A stretch of 64,000 bases of DNA from Pseudomonadota bacterium (GTDB lineage: Bacteria; Bdellovibrionota_B; Oligoflexia; Oligoflexales; CAIMVM01). The translations under genes were made by a program, and so were the position numbers. The stretch is taken from NCBI GenBank assembly GCA_037142195.1, contig JBAXBA010000002.1:1-64000 (forward strand), written 5' to 3'. Positions 59,510-64,000 of the stretch are shown one piece after another. The notes beneath the pieces were generated by a model. The model was not told where the DNA came from. It saw only the letters and a list, made by a program, of their open reading frames with translations, and did no database searches. The stretch's first letter is position 1. Every line of letters starts with the position of its first letter.

Positions 59510-60532
59510 CTAGTAATGGAAGCCTTCCTTTAAGTACCAACTAACAAATTTCTCAACTCCATCTTCTAAACTTGTATTGGGGGCAAAATCTGAAACTGAC
59601 CTCAATGCTTGAGTATCTGCGGATGTTACGTGAACATCTCCCTGTTGCATCTCTCTGAAATTTATAATTGCTTTTTTTCCAAGGCTTTTTTCTATGGCAG
59701 CGACTAGCTCTATAACTTGTCTCGGCTGATGATTCCCAATATTAAAAAAACTATGTTTGGAATTATCTGGATTGATGGGATAAGGTAACTCCGCAATTTT
59801 GTTAAAATTTTTGGCTAAACTAAGTATACCTGATACGATATCGTCGACAAAAGTAAAGTCGCGCCACAGCTTCCCTTCTCCATAAAGATCAATGGGCCTG
59901 TTTTCATTAATTGCCTTAGTAAATTTAAAGACAGCCATATCTGGCCTACCCCAAGGCCCATATACTGTGAAAAACCTTAGTCCTATACTTCTCAGCTCAA
60001 AAAGGTGGGAATAGGTATAAGCCATGAGCTCGTTTGCTTTTTTTGTAGCTGCATAGAGACTAATTGGAAAATCGGTTTTGTCATTTTCAGAAAAACGAGG
60101 ATTGGGGTTCTCACCATATACACTGCTACTACTCGCGTACATCAGATTGAAATTTGAAAATTTTCTGCAGTATTCTAAAATCTCAAGAAAACCACTTACA
60201 TTTGACCGAATATAGGCCTGCGGTTTTTCTAGGCTAAATCGCACACCGGGCTGTGCAGCAAGGTGTAAAACCAGGTCAAATTTTTTATGAAATCGCACTC
60301 CCGATAATGAGTTAATTTCATTGACATCAAAATCTTCAACTAATATTTCATGCCTATCTTTCAAGTATTTGCAGCGCGCTCTTTTTAACTCATTGGAGTA
60401 ATAAGGATCAAAATTATCAATTGCTTCTACAGCATAACCCGCAGAATGAAATTTACTACATGCGTGCATGCCAATAAATCCCGCAGCGCCTGTAATCAAT
60501 ACACTTGGCTTAGACACGTCTGCTCCAAACAA
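59510..60532 (-). CDS. UDP-glucuronate 4-epimerase-like SDR
   Basis: TGAAGFIG, HLAAQPGVR, PISLYAATKKANE, RFFTVYGPWGRPDMA. Confidence 0.88.
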   Translation of the reverse strand: MFGADVSKPSVLITGAAGFIGMHACSKFHSAGYAVEAIDNFDPYYSNELKRARCKYLKDRHEILVEDFDVNEINSLSGVRFHKKFDLVLHLAAQPGVRFSLEKPQAYIRSNVSGFLEILEYCRKFSNFNLMYASSSSVYGENPNPRFSENDKTDFPISLYAATKKANELMAYTYSHLFELRSIGLRFFTVYGPWGRPDMAVFKFTKAINENRPIDLYGEGKLWRDFTFVDDIVSGILSLAKNFNKIAELPYPINPDNSKHSFFNIGNHQPRQVIELVAAIEKSLGKKAIINFREMQQGDVHVTSADTQALRSVSDFAPNTSLEDGVEKFVSWYLKEGFHY

Positions 60533-61643
60533 CTCTATTTATGTAATCAGTATAGCTTAAAATGATTTTAACAACTTTATCCGATACATTTGGCATGTGA
60601 TAGTCAAAGACTGGTCTAGAATCCGAGAACTGGGTATTAGTCTCCAAAAGCAGAGCTTCTAGACACTGCAAAATACGTGCGCTGTTGACCCCAGGCATCA
60701 TCACAACACCCTCTTCCATCGCCTCTGGGCGCTCGTGAGCTTGGCGTATATTTAAAGCTTTAAATCCAAGTATATTTGCTTCTTCGCTGATAGTGCCGCT
60801 GTCGGAAAAAACAACTTTTGCATTCAATTGAAGATTAACATAGTCCATAAAGCCCAATGGTTTATGGAGATTTATGTTTCTATGCATCTGAATTTCTTCG
60901 GCTTCTATTCTTTTTCTAGTTCTAGGATGAGTAGAAACAATTACTGGAAGGCCGTATATTTCAGCGACGCTATTCAATGTAGAAAAAATTGATTTTAAAT
61001 TTTCCAAATTATCAACGTTTTCCTCTCTATGAGTGCTAACCAAAAAATAATTATCTTTTGTCACTCCTAAACAAGAAAGTACGTCTGACTGCAATATTTT
61101 CGGCTTAAAATATGAAAGCACTTCAAACATGGGACTGCCAGTTTTAATAATCCGGTCAGGCGGAATTCCCTCCCTAAGCAAATACTCTCTTGCTATATCA
61201 CTATAAGGCAAATTTATGTCTGAAATATGATCTACTATTTTTCTATTTATTTCTTCAGGAACTCGTTGATCGAAACAACGATTTCCAGCTTCCATGTGAA
61301 AAACTGGAATCTTTCTTCTCTTGGCTGGAATCGCTGCCAAGCAGCTGTTCGTATCACCCAGGATCAGCACAGCATCTGGAGCTTCTTTTGCTAAAACCTT
61401 ATCGACTTCAATGATTATATTTCCAATAGTTTCGGCAGCTGAACCTGATGCCACACTGAGAAAATAGTCCGGCTTTTTTAGTTCTAGGTCTCGAAAAAAA
61501 ATCTCATTCAATTCATAATCGTAATTTTGTCCAGTATGCACGATTATATGATTGCAAGTTTGATCCAAACGAGAAATTACCCTCGAAAGCCGAATTATCT
61601 CCGGCCTAGTGCCAACTACAGTTATTACCTTTAATTTATTCAT
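60510..61643 (-). CDS. fnlC: UDP-2-acetamido-2,6-dideoxy-L-talose 2-epimerase (FnlC/WbjD/Cap5G)
   Basis: VGTRPEIIRLSR, HMEAGNRCFDQRVPEEINRK, HERPE; follows fnlA and fnlB. Confidence 0.9.
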   Translation of the reverse strand: MNKLKVITVVGTRPEIIRLSRVISRLDQTCNHIIVHTGQNYDYELNEIFFRDLELKKPDYFLSVASGSAAETIGNIIIEVDKVLAKEAPDAVLILGDTNSCLAAIPAKRRKIPVFHMEAGNRCFDQRVPEEINRKIVDHISDINLPYSDIAREYLLREGIPPDRIIKTGSPMFEVLSYFKPKILQSDVLSCLGVTKDNYFLVSTHREENVDNLENLKSIFSTLNSVAEIYGLPVIVSTHPRTRKRIEAEEIQMHRNINLHKPLGFMDYVNLQLNAKVVFSDSGTISEEANILGFKALNIRQAHERPEAMEEGVVMMPGVNSARILQCLEALLLETNTQFSDSRPVFDYHMPNVSDKVVKIILSYTDYINRVVWSRRV

Positions 61644-62749
61644 ATCAGCTCCGCGGAGATTGTATCTGGCAAATCTCGATTAAAGATCTCATTCGCCCAA
61701 AGCATTACTACAAGTTTGTCGTCACCAATATTTGTAATATCGTGGGCCCATCCTGGAATTGTATCTACGATCTCAGGAACATTGCCATCTGTGATAAGCG
61801 TGTACTTTTCATTCGTCAAAATATTTCTAAATCTAAATTCCGCTTTTCCTGAAATCACTAGAAATTTCTCAGTTTTGGTATGGTGATAGTGCCCACCTCT
61901 AGTAACTCCACAAAGTGCCGTAAAATAGGAAAATTGTCCCGCGTCGGAGGTTTTGAGCATCTCAACAAAATCGCCTCTCGCATCAGCATACTTCTTAACC
62001 TTCAAAGAAAATTTAGACGGTGGCAAAAAGCTGATATAAGTCGAATACAAAGCACGGATCAGACCATTTCCAACTCTTCCAATCTCCAAGGTTTGAGGGA
62101 ATAATTTGAAACCTTCAAGTATATCGGACACATCTCCTACTGAAGTAGAATACACATGTTGATCAATTTCAGGAAACGACCCGCCATTCATTGATGCCAG
62201 CACCGCCTTAATAAGTACGTTTACGACGTCATCAATATAAATAAGCGTTAATGGCATATTTCGATCGTGCACTGTATATGCTTTATCATTTGCAATCGAG
62301 TGGCAAAAAGTTGCTACTGCAGAATTATAATTGGGTTTTGACCATTTCCCAAAAACATTTGGAAATCTGTAAATTTTGGTTAAGGCTTTTGTTTCCGCGG
62401 CATAGTCGGAAATTACTTTCTCGGCGTTGAATTTGGATTTACCATAGGGATTGTCTAAATTGGCTTGAACCGAAGAAGAATAAATAATCGGTATCTTCCG
62501 ACCAATTCTAAGTATTGTATCGCACAATTTCTTGGTTAGTTCAACATTCCCTTCATGAAACTCCTTAATATCATTTGGGCGGTTAATGCCAGCAAGGTGC
62601 ACCACTGCATCAGAGACTCTGAGACCTTCAATCATATCAACTTCAGATGTGTCTCTAAAAATTTCGACAACTTCATGGTTAAGTTCTCTGCAGGCCAAAA
62701 CTAAATTCTTCCCAATAAATCCACGTGAACCCGTTACTAAAATTTTCAT
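61640..62749 (-). CDS. fnlB: UDP-L-FucNAc pathway reductase (FnlB/WbjC/Cap5F; SDR + cupin)
   Basis: HLAGINRP, PNVFGKW..PNYNS, RGGHYHHTKTEKF, LWANE. Confidence 0.9.
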   Translation of the reverse strand: MKILVTGSRGFIGKNLVLACRELNHEVVEIFRDTSEVDMIEGLRVSDAVVHLAGINRPNDIKEFHEGNVELTKKLCDTILRIGRKIPIIYSSSVQANLDNPYGKSKFNAEKVISDYAAETKALTKIYRFPNVFGKWSKPNYNSAVATFCHSIANDKAYTVHDRNMPLTLIYIDDVVNVLIKAVLASMNGGSFPEIDQHVYSTSVGDVSDILEGFKLFPQTLEIGRVGNGLIRALYSTYISFLPPSKFSLKVKKYADARGDFVEMLKTSDAGQFSYFTALCGVTRGGHYHHTKTEKFLVISGKAEFRFRNILTNEKYTLITDGNVPEIVDTIPGWAHDITNIGDDKLVVMLWANEIFNRDLPDTISAELI

Positions 62750-62761
62750 AGCTCCACCTAT

Positions 62762-63775
62762 CTATTTACGGAGTTCTTCTTGAACGAGTGGAAGCTGCAA
62801 TAGAATTTCTTTTATTTCTTTTACATTTAATCGCCTAGTATTAGAAGAATTATAATCTTCTTGCTCGGTAACTCTGCGATCTCCGTCTGAATAATATAAG
62901 CTGTAATTTAGATCTCGGTCGTCAGGTGCTACCCGGTAATAATCCCCAAGGTCTACAGACCGTAATCTTTCCTCTCGACTTAGCAAGGTTTCATGCTTTT
63001 TTTCACCGTGCCGAGTGCCGATTATCTTGATTTCATTTTTTGAATTAAAAATCTCGCAAACTGCAATGGCCAAGTCATGAATTGTTGAGGCTGGGGACTT
63101 TTGAACGAAAATATCCCCTCCTTCAGCATTCTTAAAAGCGAAAAAAACCAAATGCATCGCTTGATCCAAAGTCATTAAAAATCTGGTCATTTCGGGGTCT
63201 GTTATTGTAATTGATTTATTTTCTTTAATTTGCTTTATAAACAACGGAACCACGGAACCTCTAGACGCCAAAACGTTTCCATAGCGTGTTGCGGAAATAG
63301 TAATCACTTTTGGGTCTACTGCTCGCCCTTTAGCAACAGAGACTTTTTCCATCATTGCTTTTGATATTCCCATTGCATTGATGGGGTATACGGCTTTATC
63401 GGTGCTCAACACTACAACGTTTTTTACCGAACTAGCTATACATGCATTTAAAACATTTTCAGTCCCAAGAATATTTGTTTTTACTGCTTCCATTGGATAG
63501 AATTCACACGAAGGGACTTGTTTTAAAGCTGCAGCTGAAAATACATAGTCCACCCCTCTCAGAGCATTTTCAATGGAACTATAGTCCCTAACATCTCCGA
63601 TATGGTATTTTACTCGAGTACTGTTTAAGTCTAGTCGCATATCCTCTTGCTTTTTTTCGTCACGACTAAAAATCCTAATTTCTTTAATATCAGTACTATT
63701 TAGAAAATGCCGGGCCACAACGTTACCAAAGGATCCTGTTCCGCCCGTTACTAGAACTGTTTTATTTTTGAACAC
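62762..63775 (-). CDS. fnlA: UDP-GlcNAc 4,6-dehydratase/5-epimerase (FnlA/WbjB/Cap5E)
   Basis: TGGTGSFG, FSRDEKKQ, AAALKQVPSCEFYP, STDKAVYPINAMG, GTRHGEK. Confidence 0.92.
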   Translation of the reverse strand: MFKNKTVLVTGGTGSFGNVVARHFLNSTDIKEIRIFSRDEKKQEDMRLDLNSTRVKYHIGDVRDYSSIENALRGVDYVFSAAALKQVPSCEFYPMEAVKTNILGTENVLNACIASSVKNVVVLSTDKAVYPINAMGISKAMMEKVSVAKGRAVDPKVITISATRYGNVLASRGSVVPLFIKQIKENKSITITDPEMTRFLMTLDQAMHLVFFAFKNAEGGDIFVQKSPASTIHDLAIAVCEIFNSKNEIKIIGTRHGEKKHETLLSREERLRSVDLGDYYRVAPDDRDLNYSLYYSDGDRRVTEQEDYNSSNTRRLNVKEIKEILLQLPLVQEELRK

Positions 63776-63787
63776 GCTAAGCCTTCC

Positions 63788-64000
63788 CTATTTTGTGCAA
63801 GCCTGTATATATTTTTCAACTAGCTTGGTTTTATCAAAAAATTGCCGATAAATATCTTGGTTTTTTGTTCCTAAATCTCTGATTTCATTTTCACTCAATT
63901 TCGAAACGGCAATGATATTGTTGACAATAGCATCAACATTGCCAGATTCAAATGTAAAAACGCTTGAATAGCCCTCAAACATTCTATTGGCCTCACCATC
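63788..64000 (-). CDS. C-terminal end of a probable GT4 glycosyltransferase (partial, runs off the window)
   Basis: FESGNVDAIVNNI...LGTKNQDIYRQFFDK resembles GT4 C-termini; cluster context. Confidence 0.5.
   Translation of the reverse strand, partial: DGEANRMFEGYSSVFTFESGNVDAIVNNIIAVSKLSENEIRDLGTKNQDIYRQFFDKTKLVEKYIQACTK

Noticed and set aside
2431..62783. Many 60-160 aa ORFs antisense to or nested in long genes (e.g. 2546, 9845, 27291, 30440, 49335)
   Set aside because: Shadow ORFs of well-supported genes, with no motifs or SD.

Overview
Bacterial chromosomal window with three parts. (1) About 1-41.6 kb is a dense, partly decayed toxin-antitoxin/defence island. It holds two hipBA pairs, RHH-Doc, three AbiE (type IV) pairs plus remnants, Xre/MbcA-RES, a DUF4258-like/MqsA-like pair, a BrnT-like/CopG pair, HEPN with an MNT/BolA-like partner, two Schlafen(AlbA_2)-HATPase/RecG_C-wHTH genes, four intact and several broken AAA_14-DUF4143 ATPase genes, and an IS4 remnant. 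Its intergenic DNA is largely degenerate direct-repeat copies of other parts of the island, and many modules carry palindromic operators, including a perfect 62-bp palindrome. (2) Inserted in the island at about 24.5-32.3 kb, between two broken genes, is a translationally coupled operon: TPR protein, orphan family-5 solute-binding protein, O-methyltransferase, MFS transporter and hybrid histidine kinase. It is preceded by a consensus sigma-54 promoter, an unannotated 16-aa ORF with a strong SD, and a hairpin. This is the best candidate for an undescribed peptide-signal or RiPP-like system. (3) 42.4-44.0 kb holds YeeE/YedE-TauE sulfur-transport genes, and 44-64 kb is a surface-polysaccharide locus (ddh/rfbFGH, split transketolase, fnlABC, glycosyltransferases, and an oppositely oriented GtrB/GT87/asparagine-synthetase block). 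No rRNA, tRNA, CRISPR array or integrase was seen. The kinase style suggests an Oligoflexia/Bdellovibrionota-like host (weak inference). All family calls come from motif recognition by eye, not database searches.
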